From Erysipelotrichaceae bacterium MTC7 (GTDB lineage: Bacteria > Bacillota_I > Bacilli_A > Erysipelotrichales > Erysipelotrichaceae), in the NCBI GenBank assembly GCA_001695645.1, contig LVZN01000010.1:16822-48821 (forward strand): DNA of 32,000 nt, written 5' to 3'. The position numbers were made by a program, and so were the translations under genes. This document shows, in pieces, positions 1 to 8,837 of this stretch. The first letter of the stretch is position 1, and each line of letters opens with the position of its first letter. Under the pieces are notes generated by a model. That model had not been told where the DNA came from. It did no database searches and saw nothing but the letters and a program-made list of their open reading frames with translations.

Positions 1-1
1 G

Positions 2-457
2 AAAAGTGTCATGCTAAAAAGCATGTACAAGCATATGAAAGAAAAAGATTTGGATGTCATCATGATGCCGCAAAATTATGATGAGCTTTTGGATTATACG
101 AAAAGTCCAGTGCAGTTTATGTTGGATGAAACAAGTTTGTTGCTAAGTGATGTACAAACCCTGTTAGGGTCCATACATCTTTCCATCAAAGAGATGAGTG
201 ATCCAATAGAACAATTAAGTGAAGGACAAAAAGCAAAAGTTTGCTTGGCATATGTTATCGCCAAAAATCCTAAGGTGTTACTAATGGATGAACCAACCCG
301 AAACATCTCACCATTAAGTAAGCCGGTGTTGGTTCAATTGCTTGAAAACTATACGGGTGCTTTATTGCTGACAACACATGACCGATACGTTTTGGATACC
401 TTGGATGTGACGGTTTATAAGATTGAAAATCAAAGATTGTCTAAATGGCATAAGTAG
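2..457 (+). CDS. ABC-F-type ATP-binding protein, C-terminal part (5' end lies off-window)
   Basis: The frame is open from the window edge. It has the ABC signature variant LSEGQ, Walker B LLMDEPT, and H-loop TTHDR. The MPQNY...LSxGQ...DEPTxxxxP layout is typical of the second cassette of ABC-F proteins. Stop is TAG at 455-457. Confidence 0.75.
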   Translation, partial: KSVMLKSMYKHMKEKDLDVIMMPQNYDELLDYTKSPVQFMLDETSLLLSDVQTLLGSIHLSIKEMSDPIEQLSEGQKAKVCLAYVIAKNPKVLLMDEPTRNISPLSKPVLVQLLENYTGALLLTTHDRYVLDTLDVTVYKIENQRLSKWHK

Positions 458-570
458 CATTTGTGAATTTCGTTCTTTGTTTCACAAGTTCTCTCGCACA
501 TAGTGTATACTATAAGTATAGTAGCTATGTAAATGACAAAGGATGTGATCGTATCAAAGACAATATTTCA

Positions 571-819
571 ATGGAAGTAGGCGTAAATATGAGTGGCGTT
601 TCAACCAATACAAAGAAACTCTATTTAAAGAAGAATCGAATCTTAATTTCTGTGGAATTAAACGATTTTGCCACCCAAAAAATGATGCAAGATGTAAGTC
701 AAAGTATTATGCAAAACAAAGTAGTAGATAACATAGCGAACACATTTGATCGACATGATTTGGATATTATTTCCTTTCGTGTGGATTCTACACAAGATGT
801 CACGTATTTGATTCATTAA
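571..819 (+). CDS. Hypothetical small protein (start uncertain)
   Basis: The ORF is open from a GTG at 463. In-frame ATGs lie at 571 and 589, and GGAAGTAGG precedes 589. I recognise no family. A terminator-like hairpin follows at 837-872. Confidence 0.35.
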   Translation: MEVGVNMSGVSTNTKKLYLKKNRILISVELNDFATQKMMQDVSQSIMQNKVVDNIANTFDRHDLDIISFRVDSTQDVTYLIH

Positions 820-836
820 GTGACAACGTAGTGAAA

Positions 837-872
837 AAGCAATCATTCGCTTTGCGTCTGACTGCTTTTTTT
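837..872 (+). terminator. Rho-independent terminator after the small ORF
   Basis: AAGCAATCA (837-845) pairs with TGACTGCTT (859-867) in 8 of 9 positions, followed by a T-run to 872. Confidence 0.5.
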
Positions 873-880
873 GTGGAAAT

Positions 881-910
881 AAAAAGCATACAACAAATGA
901 TGTTGTATGC
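881..910 (-). terminator. Rho-independent terminator of the J-domain gene
   Basis: Perfect 10-bp stem, GCATACAACA (886-895) with TGTTGTATGC (901-910), and a 5-nt loop. On the minus strand it is followed by TTTTT (complement of 881-885). It sits 8 nt past the stop at 918. Confidence 0.65.
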
Positions 911-917
911 ATGTATG

Positions 918-1409
918 TTAGATAAACATCCAACCAAAGAAGAAACGAATAATCATCAAATAAAAGAATATTTGCATGATAAATGCGAAGATTCTAGCAA
1001 ACCCACTTTGACGAGGTCTCGTATTTCGTTGGTAATAGTATTGTTGTTGGCCAGAATAATTTCTTTGTTGTTGCTGTTGTTGTGCTTGAGCACGGAAGAT
1101 TTGTTCAAAGAAATCGTTAATATCCGTATACTGTGCAGACTGGTTGGTGCGACCATAGTATTGTTGGTAGGCTTGTTGCTGTTGTTGATATTGGCCAGCA
1201 TTATGTCCATAACGGTCATATGCAGCTTTCTTATCTGGATCACTCAAGTTTTCATAAGCTTCATTCACTTCTTTAAACTTTGCTTCAGCATCGGCTGCTT
1301 TGTTAACATCCGGGTGATACATTTTAGCCATTTTACGATATGCTTTTTTAATTTCATCAGGAGTTGAAGTTTTTGTTACTCCCAGTACTTCATAATAGTC
1401 TTTTTTCAT
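918..1409 (-). CDS. J-domain (DnaJ-like) protein with a Q/Y-rich low-complexity region and a C-terminal hydrophobic tail
   Basis: [11 protein letters not shown]...[11 protein letters not shown]...[14 protein letters not shown] is a canonical J-domain with the HPD motif. It is followed by QQQQQ/QQQQQQ runs and a terminal hydrophobic segment, [25 protein letters not shown] chose the ATG at 1409 (the J-domain begins there) rather than the ORF start at 1454. The RBS is weak. Confidence 0.8.
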   Translation of the reverse strand: MKKDYYEVLGVTKTSTPDEIKKAYRKMAKMYHPDVNKAADAEAKFKEVNEAYENLSDPDKKAAYDRYGHNAGQYQQQQQAYQQYYGRTNQSAQYTDINDFFEQIFRAQAQQQQQQRNYSGQQQYYYQRNTRPRQSGFARIFAFIMQIFFYLMIIRFFFGWMFI

Positions 1410-1521
1410 TGTGCACATCATAAACCGAAATGCAAAAAAATACAAGTGCTTCAAAAACTTTCAGTATTTGTTCACAATTTGATATAATAGTCATATAACG
1501 AAATGTAAAAGGGGACGGCTT

Positions 1522-2604
1522 ATGGATAGAGAAATGAACCAGGTGTTACGAACACCATCAAATTATTTACAAGGTGTGAATATTACATTGGATTTATCAA
1601 ACGTATTGGAATTAAATGATGATGCGACGATACTTATTATTGTTGATCGTCATACGATGAAAGATTATCGCGAGCGAATTGAAAAAGCGCTTGATACAGC
1701 TGAAATGTATGAATTTTTGGTGTATGAAGGTTTGCTAACACAACCTGCACTGGATCGCATCGTGCAAGAACATCAGGATTTTGATTTCCAGTGGGTCATT
1801 GGTTTCGGTGGTGGAACCGTTATGGATGTTGCAAAAGCGGTATCGATGGCTTTACAAACGAGAGTTGCTTTAATTCCTAGCATTGCTTCTACGGATGGAC
1901 CATGTTCTCGACTTGCTGCCTTGTATCATGAGGATGGTAGTTTCTCGCATTACTTGGTACGTGAGCAATCACCTGAATATGTTGTGGTCGATTTATATAT
2001 CCTATCAAAAGCACCGGTGCGTACATTTGTTGCTGGTATTGGTGATGCACTTTCAACCTATGTTGAAGCCAATGCTTGTTACTTGTCAATGTCCGTTAAT
2101 GATGCCGGAGGACTAGATACGTTCTCATCTTTAATGATCGCACAAAGTTGTAAAGAAGTAATCTTCGACGATGCTTTACGCGCGGTTGAAGATTTGAAAG
2201 CACAGGAAATTTCACCAGCATTCAAGCGTGTGGTGGAAGCAAATATTTATTTAAGTGGTGTTGGCTTTGAAAGTGGAGGATTGTCCATTGCACATGCTTT
2301 GAACAATGGTTTATCGCAGGTGAAAACCGAACCGAAGTTTATGCACGGGGAAGTTATTGCCTATACGACCTTAGTACAACTTGCAGCGGATAACAATGGC
2401 GAGTTCTTCAAATACAAACAACTTTGCAAAGCATTAGGTTTACCAACAAAGCTTGCTGACTTTGGCTTAACATTAAATGATGAGTTAAAACAAGTGATTC
2501 GTGAACGTTGTTTTGTGAAAGGCAGTAGCATGTATCATGTGCCATACGAAATTAGCCCTGAATTGATCTTTGATGCAATCGAGAGAACAGAAAAATCAAG
2601 ATAA
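1522..2604 (+). CDS. gldA: Glycerol dehydrogenase-like iron/zinc-containing alcohol dehydrogenase
   Basis: 360 aa. GFGGGTVMDVAKAV nucleotide-binding loop, STDGPCS, and metal ligands in GDALSTYVEA, AHALNNG and HGE, as in the GldA family. RBS AAAGGGGA lies 6 nt upstream. Substrate is not established. Confidence 0.75.
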   Translation: MDREMNQVLRTPSNYLQGVNITLDLSNVLELNDDATILIIVDRHTMKDYRERIEKALDTAEMYEFLVYEGLLTQPALDRIVQEHQDFDFQWVIGFGGGTVMDVAKAVSMALQTRVALIPSIASTDGPCSRLAALYHEDGSFSHYLVREQSPEYVVVDLYILSKAPVRTFVAGIGDALSTYVEANACYLSMSVNDAGGLDTFSSLMIAQSCKEVIFDDALRAVEDLKAQEISPAFKRVVEANIYLSGVGFESGGLSIAHALNNGLSQVKTEPKFMHGEVIAYTTLVQLAADNNGEFFKYKQLCKALGLPTKLADFGLTLNDELKQVIRERCFVKGSSMYHVPYEISPELIFDAIERTEKSR

Positions 2605-2608
2605 AAAA

Positions 2609-2641
2609 ATCCTTGTAACTTCAAGTTGCAAGGATTTTTTT
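2609..2641 (+). terminator. Rho-independent terminator
   Basis: ATCCTTGTAACT (2609-2620) pairs with AGTTGCAAGGAT (2624-2635), with one G-U wobble and a 3-nt loop, followed by a T-run. Confidence 0.85.
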
Positions 2642-2656
2642 GATGAACAGTTGGTA

Positions 2657-2685
2657 TTGACGTAGGTACATAAGTATTATACAAT
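2657..2685 (+). promoter_or_regulatory. Sigma-A-type promoter for the ABC operon
   Basis: TTGACG (2657-2662), a 17-nt spacer, then TACAAT (2680-2685), about 50 nt upstream of the ATG at 2734. Confidence 0.55.
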
Positions 2686-2733
2686 TGTATCAAGACATTA
2701 ATACAGTGGAGAGTTAATGCAAAGGGGAAATAT

Positions 2734-3450
2734 ATGATTGAAGTAAAACACTTAACAAAAACTTATGGAAATTTTAAAGCAGCAGAAGATGTAAATCTTG
2801 TCGCCAAAGACGGAAACATCACGATTCTTTTGGGTCCAAACGGAGCTGGGAAAAGTACAACAATCAAGAGCATTGCCAATCTTTTAAAGTTTGATGGTGA
2901 AATTGACATTTGTGGCTATCCAAATACAGAAGTGGAGGCCAAACAAGCGTTTGGTTACATTCCAGATACACCTGTATTATACGATTTATTAACAATTGAT
3001 GAACACGTCGATTTCATTGGAAGTGCATACCGTGTTGAAAACTATCGCGAAAGTGCAGATTACTACATTCGTTTGTTTGATTTGGAAGAGAAACGGAAGA
3101 GCGTTGCCAAAGAGTTAAGTAAAGGGATGCGTCAAAAAGTTAGTATGTTACTTGCCTTGGTCATTCAACCAAAAGCGCTTTTGATTGACGAGCCTATGGT
3201 TGGACTAGATCCAGCAAGCATTGAAGAAACGCTTGGTTTATTTGTGAAATTAAAAAATGAAGGATGTGCAATTTTGATTAGTACACATATCATTGATATT
3301 ATCGAAAACGTTTGGGATGAAGCATACATTATGGATCATGGACGCATTGTGAAAACCGCAAGTCGTGAAAGTATGAATGGTGATTCATTGAAAGAACTAT
3401 TCTTTCAATATACAAGCGTCGAGGTGAAAAAAGATGAAATCCTTGATTAA
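2734..3450 (+). CDS. ABC transporter ATP-binding protein
   Basis: Walker A GPNGAGKST, signature LSKGMRQK, Walker B LLIDEPMVGLD, H-loop STH. RBS AAAGGGGA. Confidence 0.9.
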   Translation: MIEVKHLTKTYGNFKAAEDVNLVAKDGNITILLGPNGAGKSTTIKSIANLLKFDGEIDICGYPNTEVEAKQAFGYIPDTPVLYDLLTIDEHVDFIGSAYRVENYRESADYYIRLFDLEEKRKSVAKELSKGMRQKVSMLLALVIQPKALLIDEPMVGLDPASIEETLGLFVKLKNEGCAILISTHIIDIIENVWDEAYIMDHGRIVKTASRESMNGDSLKELFFQYTSVEVKKDEILD

Positions 3451-4996
3451 ATTATCTTTACTAAAAATACGTGGTCAAATACGCGCACTCTTTTCCAAAC
3501 CTTCAAGTGCGATAACAACCATCGCGATTGTATTGCTTTATGGAGCCATTGTTGTTGGGAATATGATGTCAGGTGAAGTGCAAACGGCCATGGGGATGAC
3601 CTTAGATATCCACATTGCTGTACTGGTTTCGCTTGGAATGACAGCACTGATGGTGTTGATGCAACTTTTAAACAAAAATAAAGCCATGCTCATGGGAGAG
3701 GATGCATTTTACTTGCTTGGTGGTCCGTTTACACGACGACAAGTTCAATCGTTTGTCGTCGGTTATACCTATGTGCAAGCCATTTATATGTCGTTGTTAT
3801 CATTGTTTGTGGTTTTATCAATTGTTGGTGGGGCTAGTTGGACAGTCTTACTGTATATCTTTATCGCTAACTATTTGATCTATGTGATTTTTCTAGCGTT
3901 AACGGATTACTTCTATGTCCTAGGTATTGTTTTTCCAAAACGTGCAAATGTTGCAAAGTATGTTGCCTATGGGTTAATTGCTTGTCTTTTTGTCGTTGCT
4001 GGATATTTGGTGTACCAAACTGGCTTTGATATGCAAAGTGTAGCACTGACATTTGCCCAAGGAAAATCGTTTTATTTTGTTCCTGTCTTCGGCTGGGCAA
4101 AAATGTTTATTAGTGGCGCAGTTGATGGTCAAGTGTTCGAAACAATTCTTGGTTTAGGTTTGTTAGTAGGAGCAGCGGTGATTGTTTTTATCCTATTTAG
4201 AAACTTCCCATATGACTATCACGAACAAGCCATTGAAGACTCATTTGCATTAAGTCAAAAGATGAAGTCCGCGAAGAAAGGAAATATGGATGCCCTTCGT
4301 GATACTTCAAAACTAAAACAATACAATAGTTCGTTTGCAAAAGGAGCATGGGCGATATCGAGTAAACTCATCTTGGAAATGCGTAAGCGTAAAACCCTGG
4401 TTTCGATTCAAGAACTTATCACCTTAGCTGTTTTTGCGGGAATGTCCATTATTCTAGAATTTGGGATTGTCTGGTTTAGCGCAATGCTTATCTACTGGGT
4501 AGTCATTAGTGCCCAATCTGCCAACTTTAAAGATGAATTTCAAAACTACATGATTTACTTGATTCCAGATTCTCCTGCAAAAAAACTGTTAGCCATCATT
4601 GGACCAGTGATTGTAAAAACAACCATTGTGACAACGTTAGCTATTATCATTGTTGGGATTGCTGGACAAGAGAGCATGTATGACATCGTGTATGCTGCTT
4701 TAATGGTGTTTGGTTATTTATGTGTTTGCATCAGTGCCAACATTCTAACGCTTCGTTTGTTTAAAAGCACAGCAAACCGTACATTTGTGCTATTGATGCA
4801 AATGCTTATTATCGTCGTTTGTATGATTCCAAGCATTGCTTTATCGGTATGGTTGATGTTTACCTTACATATTGGAGATGGACAAATTTTACAACTATTT
4901 TCCATCGTATCCATTGTTTCCAATGTCGTTGTTGCTGGTGTGGTGATTTTCTTATGTCGCAATATGCTCAATGGGCGTGAACTAAAAAGTGAATAA
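3434..4996 (+). CDS. Large polytopic ABC-exporter permease-like membrane protein
   Basis: 520 aa with many hydrophobic segments in two blocks around a charged central loop. The start overlaps the upstream ATPase by 17 nt, with GAGGTGA 6 nt upstream, which suggests translational coupling. Substrate unknown. Confidence 0.6.
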   Translation: MKSLIKLSLLKIRGQIRALFSKPSSAITTIAIVLLYGAIVVGNMMSGEVQTAMGMTLDIHIAVLVSLGMTALMVLMQLLNKNKAMLMGEDAFYLLGGPFTRRQVQSFVVGYTYVQAIYMSLLSLFVVLSIVGGASWTVLLYIFIANYLIYVIFLALTDYFYVLGIVFPKRANVAKYVAYGLIACLFVVAGYLVYQTGFDMQSVALTFAQGKSFYFVPVFGWAKMFISGAVDGQVFETILGLGLLVGAAVIVFILFRNFPYDYHEQAIEDSFALSQKMKSAKKGNMDALRDTSKLKQYNSSFAKGAWAISSKLILEMRKRKTLVSIQELITLAVFAGMSIILEFGIVWFSAMLIYWVVISAQSANFKDEFQNYMIYLIPDSPAKKLLAIIGPVIVKTTIVTTLAIIIVGIAGQESMYDIVYAALMVFGYLCVCISANILTLRLFKSTANRTFVLLMQMLIIVVCMIPSIALSVWLMFTLHIGDGQILQLFSIVSIVSNVVVAGVVIFLCRNMLNGRELKSE

Positions 4997-5003
4997 AAGA
5001 AAA

Positions 5004-5034
5004 AACGCATTTGGAAAATCCAATGCGTTTTTTA
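5004..5034. terminator. Bidirectional terminator between convergent genes
   Basis: AACGCATTTGG and CCAATGCGTT form the stem, flanked by an A-run upstream and a T-run downstream. It abuts the stop codons of both convergent genes. Confidence 0.8.
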
Positions 5035-6261
5035 GATGCGGCTTGCTTTTCTAAAAAAGATGAAACCAATCATAAACATAATGACCAACACAAAGATTCC
5101 ACCACCGACAAAACCGGTGATTTGAGCAAATAACCCCATTAAAAACGTGCCAAGAAAGGATGCACCTTTTCCACAAATGTCATAAATTCCAAAGAATTCT
5201 CCACTTTTCTCTTTTGGAATGATTTTGGCAAAGTAACTACGTGATAGTGCTTGGATCGCTCCTTGAAACATACCAACACAAATCGCCAGCACCCAAAACT
5301 CCCATTGTTGATCCAGTTGTAAGGCAAATAAAGCAATTCCTGTATACGCTAAAATACAAACTTTGATTAACTTTGCACTATCGTGTTGTTTTGATAGTTT
5401 ACCAAACAACAATGCAAATGGGAAAGCAACAAGTTGTGTGACTAATAAAGCAAGTAGTAATCCTTGGGAATCTAAACCAAGGGCACTTCCATAAGCGGTC
5501 GCCATTTCAATGATTGTATACACACCATCAATATAGAAAAAGAAGGCAATTAAGAAGAATAACACTTTCTTGTTTTCTTTTAAATCATGAATGGCACTTG
5601 CCAAACGGGCAAAACTTGCACGGATGGGATGTTTTTGTTTTTCGATGTAATGCAGTTGTTTGTAATTGCGAATCAAGGGAATTGCATTGGCTAACCACCA
5701 TAAGGCATTGATGAAGAATGCGATCATCATCGCAGTTGCTAAGCTTAAACCAAACGATTCATTGAATAAGACAAAGATTAAAGAAATGACAAATGGAATA
5801 CAACTTCCAATATAGCCCCACGCATATCCGTGGCTTGAAATTTCATCCATGCGTTCTTCACTTGTAATGTCTGCTAACATCGAATCATAAAAAATTAAAC
5901 TTGCTGCATAGCCAACTTTTGCCATTACGAAGATGCAAAGGAAGATTTTCCATGAGTTGGTTAATGAAAGACTAGCACAACCAAGGACACCGACGGCTAA
6001 GGCGATGATGAACACCGGTTTGCGATAGCCTTTGGTATCCGAAATGGTTCCTAGCACCGGACCAATAAAAGCAACAATCAAGGTTGAGATACTTGCTGCA
6101 TATCCCCAATAGGCTAAATAATCGACTTCCGAAATGTTGGCTTCGGTTGCTAAGAAATTAAAGTATATGGGAATGATGGTGGAAACTAACATAATGAATG
6201 CTGAATTACCAACATCGTATAATATCCAGTACTTCTCTAGCTTTGTGAGTTTTTGTTTCAT
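5032..6261 (-). CDS. MFS transporter, UMF1/Atg22-like family
   Basis: About 12 hydrophobic segments. The N-terminal YWILYDVGNSAF resembles the UMF1-family WxxYDxxNSxF motif. I chose the ATG at 6261 (RBS AAGGGG 6 nt upstream) over the longer ORF start at 6309. Confidence 0.7.
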   Translation of the reverse strand: MKQKLTKLEKYWILYDVGNSAFIMLVSTIIPIYFNFLATEANISEVDYLAYWGYAASISTLIVAFIGPVLGTISDTKGYRKPVFIIALAVGVLGCASLSLTNSWKIFLCIFVMAKVGYAASLIFYDSMLADITSEERMDEISSHGYAWGYIGSCIPFVISLIFVLFNESFGLSLATAMMIAFFINALWWLANAIPLIRNYKQLHYIEKQKHPIRASFARLASAIHDLKENKKVLFFLIAFFFYIDGVYTIIEMATAYGSALGLDSQGLLLALLVTQLVAFPFALLFGKLSKQHDSAKLIKVCILAYTGIALFALQLDQQWEFWVLAICVGMFQGAIQALSRSYFAKIIPKEKSGEFFGIYDICGKGASFLGTFLMGLFAQITGFVGGGIFVLVIMFMIGFIFFRKASRI

Positions 6262-6343
6262 ACGTGACCCCTTTTTCTTAAGTATAGGGTACATAGGTGA
6301 ATTTTTCAATTTGTATATGCGCTTATGTTATAATACTCATACG

Positions 6344-6847
6344 ATGAAACTTGATGAAAAGAAAAAAGCGAGAGAAAAAATGATCCTCAATCATGTCTAT
6401 CAAGATCATGATTATACAATCGTACCAAGTGAACGCCCGGACTTTATTTTACAAGCAAAAGTGGGTGGCGAACCTTTTGGTGTAGAAATCACAGAACTGT
6501 ATTTATCGGAGGCTCATGCAAAGGCAGTAAACTTGCAAATGACAAATGGGCCAATTTCTGTGCCTCGCTATGAGTCTTACAAAGCTAAAATTCTTGAAGT
6601 GATTGCTGATAAGAATCAAAAAAGTATGGAATATCGTAAAGATGTAAGTTATTTAGAATTGATCATTGATGATCGTGAAAAACGCTTTACGAACGATAGC
6701 GAGGATTTCTTACGCTTATTGCAAGAAAGTGAGCATTTGCAACAAGTCATCAAACAATCGAATTTCAAGCGCATTTACGTACTAAGCAAATATCAAAACG
6801 CGCCAATTGTACTTGCGCTAGAAGCAAATAATGAAGTGGAGGTATAA
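6344..6847 (+). CDS. Hypothetical protein (167 aa from 6344)
   Basis: The listed ORF (from 6134) overlaps the MFS gene and is not credible upstream of the promoter-like TGTTATAAT at 6326-6334. Candidate starts are the ATG at 6344 (only about 10 nt after the -10, so possibly leaderless) or the ATG at 6380. No family recognised. It contains an RPDF...GVEITE stretch. Confidence 0.5.
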   Translation: MKLDEKKKAREKMILNHVYQDHDYTIVPSERPDFILQAKVGGEPFGVEITELYLSEAHAKAVNLQMTNGPISVPRYESYKAKILEVIADKNQKSMEYRKDVSYLELIIDDREKRFTNDSEDFLRLLQESEHLQQVIKQSNFKRIYVLSKYQNAPIVLALEANNEVEV

Positions 6848-6849
6848 CC

Positions 6850-7368
6850 ATGTTGAATGAATTAAAAGAAATTGAAATGTTGTATATGCAAGGACAAAAA
6901 CGTTACGACGAAGTCGAATTGCATCCAAAGATTATGCAGTTTTATTTAAAAGAAGCACCCGTAAGTGACATCGAGTATCAAGATGTAAAGGACTTAATGG
7001 GATTTGCCTTTCCAAAAGATTTGGAAGAATTTTATACATACAAAAATGGAAGTTCAAGTTTAGAAGTCGTTGTGACAAGTAAAGATAGAAGGTATCGCAT
7101 CTTGCCACTGGCTGCAATCATTGAACTCAAGATGTATTTTCAAAATAAGGAAGAAAAAAACGTCAGTGGAAAGGGGTATGCAAATATCGAACAACCAAAC
7201 TGGATTGCTTTTGGTGCAAGTGAAGATGGCTCCTTTTTATTATTAGATACGACAACGAATGATATTTTGGAATACCAATTTGGTGAACAGGTTACAGTTG
7301 AAAAAATTGCTGACAATCTAACACAATTATTTGTCCAAACCATACCCAAATTAAAGGAACTGTTATGA
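6850..7368 (+). CDS. SMI1/KNR4 (SUKH-1)-like protein
   Basis: The pattern LMGFAFPKDLEEFYTYKNGS ... ILPL ... WIAFGASEDGSFLLLD ... ILEY matches the SUKH/SMI1_KNR4 fold signature as I remember it. It starts 3 nt after the upstream stop. Confidence 0.6.
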   Translation: MLNELKEIEMLYMQGQKRYDEVELHPKIMQFYLKEAPVSDIEYQDVKDLMGFAFPKDLEEFYTYKNGSSSLEVVVTSKDRRYRILPLAAIIELKMYFQNKEEKNVSGKGYANIEQPNWIAFGASEDGSFLLLDTTTNDILEYQFGEQVTVEKIADNLTQLFVQTIPKLKELL

Positions 7369-8102
7369 TTGTAATTGTTTCACCAGCCAAAACCATGCAA
7401 GTCGAACAGGAAGTGGAATGTACGCCGCTTCCTTTTCCATACAAAACAAAGTTGTTAGTCAAAACTTTACAAAGTTATCCAACTGAAAAATTACAAACAC
7501 TGATGAAAATCAGTGCACCAATCGCTCAGACTACATTTGATCGTTTCCAAACCTTCACAACAGCAGGTAAAGGTAGTTATGCTCTAGAAGCTTATCAAGG
7601 TATACAGTTTCAACAACTGCAAAACCATCGAGATAAGATGGCGTATGCCAACAAACACATTCGCATCGTTTCAGGGCTATACGGTTTGTTAAAACCGTAT
7701 GATGTGATTCAAGCATACCGTTTGGAAATGCAGTGTAAACTAAAAGTGCAACACGCTAAACACTTGTATGAATTTTGGCAAGAAACATTGAGTGTTACCT
7801 TGCAAGAACAACTACAGTTGTACGAGAAACCAGTCATTGTGAATCTAGCAAGCAAGGAATACAGTAAAGCTTTTCTTCCATCTATGCAAAAACAAATGCT
7901 TACAATTGATTTTGTTGAAGTGGTGGAAGGCAAGGATAAACGAAATTCGATGACAGTAAAAAAACTACGTGGACAAATGTTGAACTTTATTTTACAACAT
8001 CAAATCGATCAAGTGCACGACCTTCAAACGTTTGTCTATGACGGATTTCATTTTGCTAAAGATCGTTCCTCAAATCACGTATATACATTCATAAAGTGTT
8101 AG
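7365..8102 (+). CDS. yaaA: YaaA-family (UPF0246/DUF328) peroxide-stress protein
   Basis: N-terminal MIVIVSPAKTM is the hallmark of the family, and the length (245 aa) fits. ATGA start/stop overlap with the upstream gene. Confidence 0.85.
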   Translation: MIVIVSPAKTMQVEQEVECTPLPFPYKTKLLVKTLQSYPTEKLQTLMKISAPIAQTTFDRFQTFTTAGKGSYALEAYQGIQFQQLQNHRDKMAYANKHIRIVSGLYGLLKPYDVIQAYRLEMQCKLKVQHAKHLYEFWQETLSVTLQEQLQLYEKPVIVNLASKEYSKAFLPSMQKQMLTIDFVEVVEGKDKRNSMTVKKLRGQMLNFILQHQIDQVHDLQTFVYDGFHFAKDRSSNHVYTFIKC

Positions 8103-8164
8103 AATACAACGCACTTTATAACTATGTTATAATTTTCATAGGATAGATAAGGAAGGTGTATTTT

Positions 8165-8701
8165 ATGAAAAGAAATGGAAAAAGTTTTTTCTGGATGATG
8201 TTATTACTAGGAATTTTATGTATCATCGGTGCAGGGTTTGCAATAAGCAATCCTGATGTCACGCTTGTGACACTCGTGATTTGTGTAGCTGTGATTGCCT
8301 TTGTTCGTGGAGTGGAATCGATTATTTTATATTTCGATCTAAAGAATTATACAGGCTTCAAACCTGTAACCATGCTACTTTCAGGAATTTTAGAAATTCT
8401 CTTAGGGATTTTGTTTATGTCTAATATTGCAAGTGGTGTAGCGACGCTAGGAATCATGTTTGCATTTTGGTTTATCTTTGATTCAATATTCCGTTTATCA
8501 AACGCTGGTTACTATAAAACGGTGATGCCAGGCATGTATGTGCTTGTGCTTGTCTTGAATATTTTATCGCTTGTTGTTGGTTTCATGTTGTTATTTGAAC
8601 CACTTGTTTCTGCGATGACTTTACCAGTACTCATTTCAGTAGCATTCGCCGTGTTTGGTGTGGAAAGCATCATTGTTGCCTTTGCAAGCCGCAGTGAATA
8701 A
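8165..8701 (+). CDS. HdeD-like (DUF308) small integral membrane protein
   Basis: About 6 hydrophobic helices with repeated G-rich helix motifs (LGILCIIGAGFAISNP). I chose the ATG at 8165, with AAGGAAGG 8 nt upstream. A -10-like TGTTATAAT lies at 8125-8133. Confidence 0.5.
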   Translation: MKRNGKSFFWMMLLLGILCIIGAGFAISNPDVTLVTLVICVAVIAFVRGVESIILYFDLKNYTGFKPVTMLLSGILEILLGILFMSNIASGVATLGIMFAFWFIFDSIFRLSNAGYYKTVMPGMYVLVLVLNILSLVVGFMLLFEPLVSAMTLPVLISVAFAVFGVESIIVAFASRSE

Positions 8702-8717
8702 TTCATGCAATAGAAAA

Positions 8718-8745
8718 GGATCACAGTTTTGTGGTTCTTTTTTTT
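8718..8745 (+). terminator. Rho-independent terminator
   Basis: GGATCAC pairs with GTGGTTC (including G-U wobbles), followed by T8. Confidence 0.6.
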
Positions 8746-8787
8746 GTGAACGATTACTGAAACTTCATCAATCGCTAAGGCTCTTAT

Positions 8788-8815
8788 TTTACATTGACTG
8801 GTAACTTGGTATAAT
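8788..8815 (+). promoter_or_regulatory. Sigma-A-type promoter
   Basis: TTTACA (8788-8793), a 16-nt spacer, then TATAAT (8810-8815) with TGG immediately upstream. Confidence 0.55.
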
Positions 8816-8837
8816 GGTAGTAATATCGAGGTAACCT

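Noticed and set aside
461-487. TGTGA...TCACA as a CRP-type site
   Set aside because: The half-sites are 15 nt apart instead of 6, so this is not a CRP/FNR-type operator geometry. I kept it only as a generic inverted repeat.
831-1367. 178-aa plus-strand ORF rich in Leu and Cys
   Set aside because: It is the exact antisense of the J-domain gene. Its poly-Leu runs are the reverse complement of the CAA/CAG glutamine tracts, and it has no RBS or recognisable domain.
6134-6343. N-terminal 70 codons of the listed 237-aa ORF
   Set aside because: This part overlaps the MFS gene start and its promoter region on the opposite strand. It also lies upstream of the -10 element at 6326-6334. The true start is probably 6344 or 6380.
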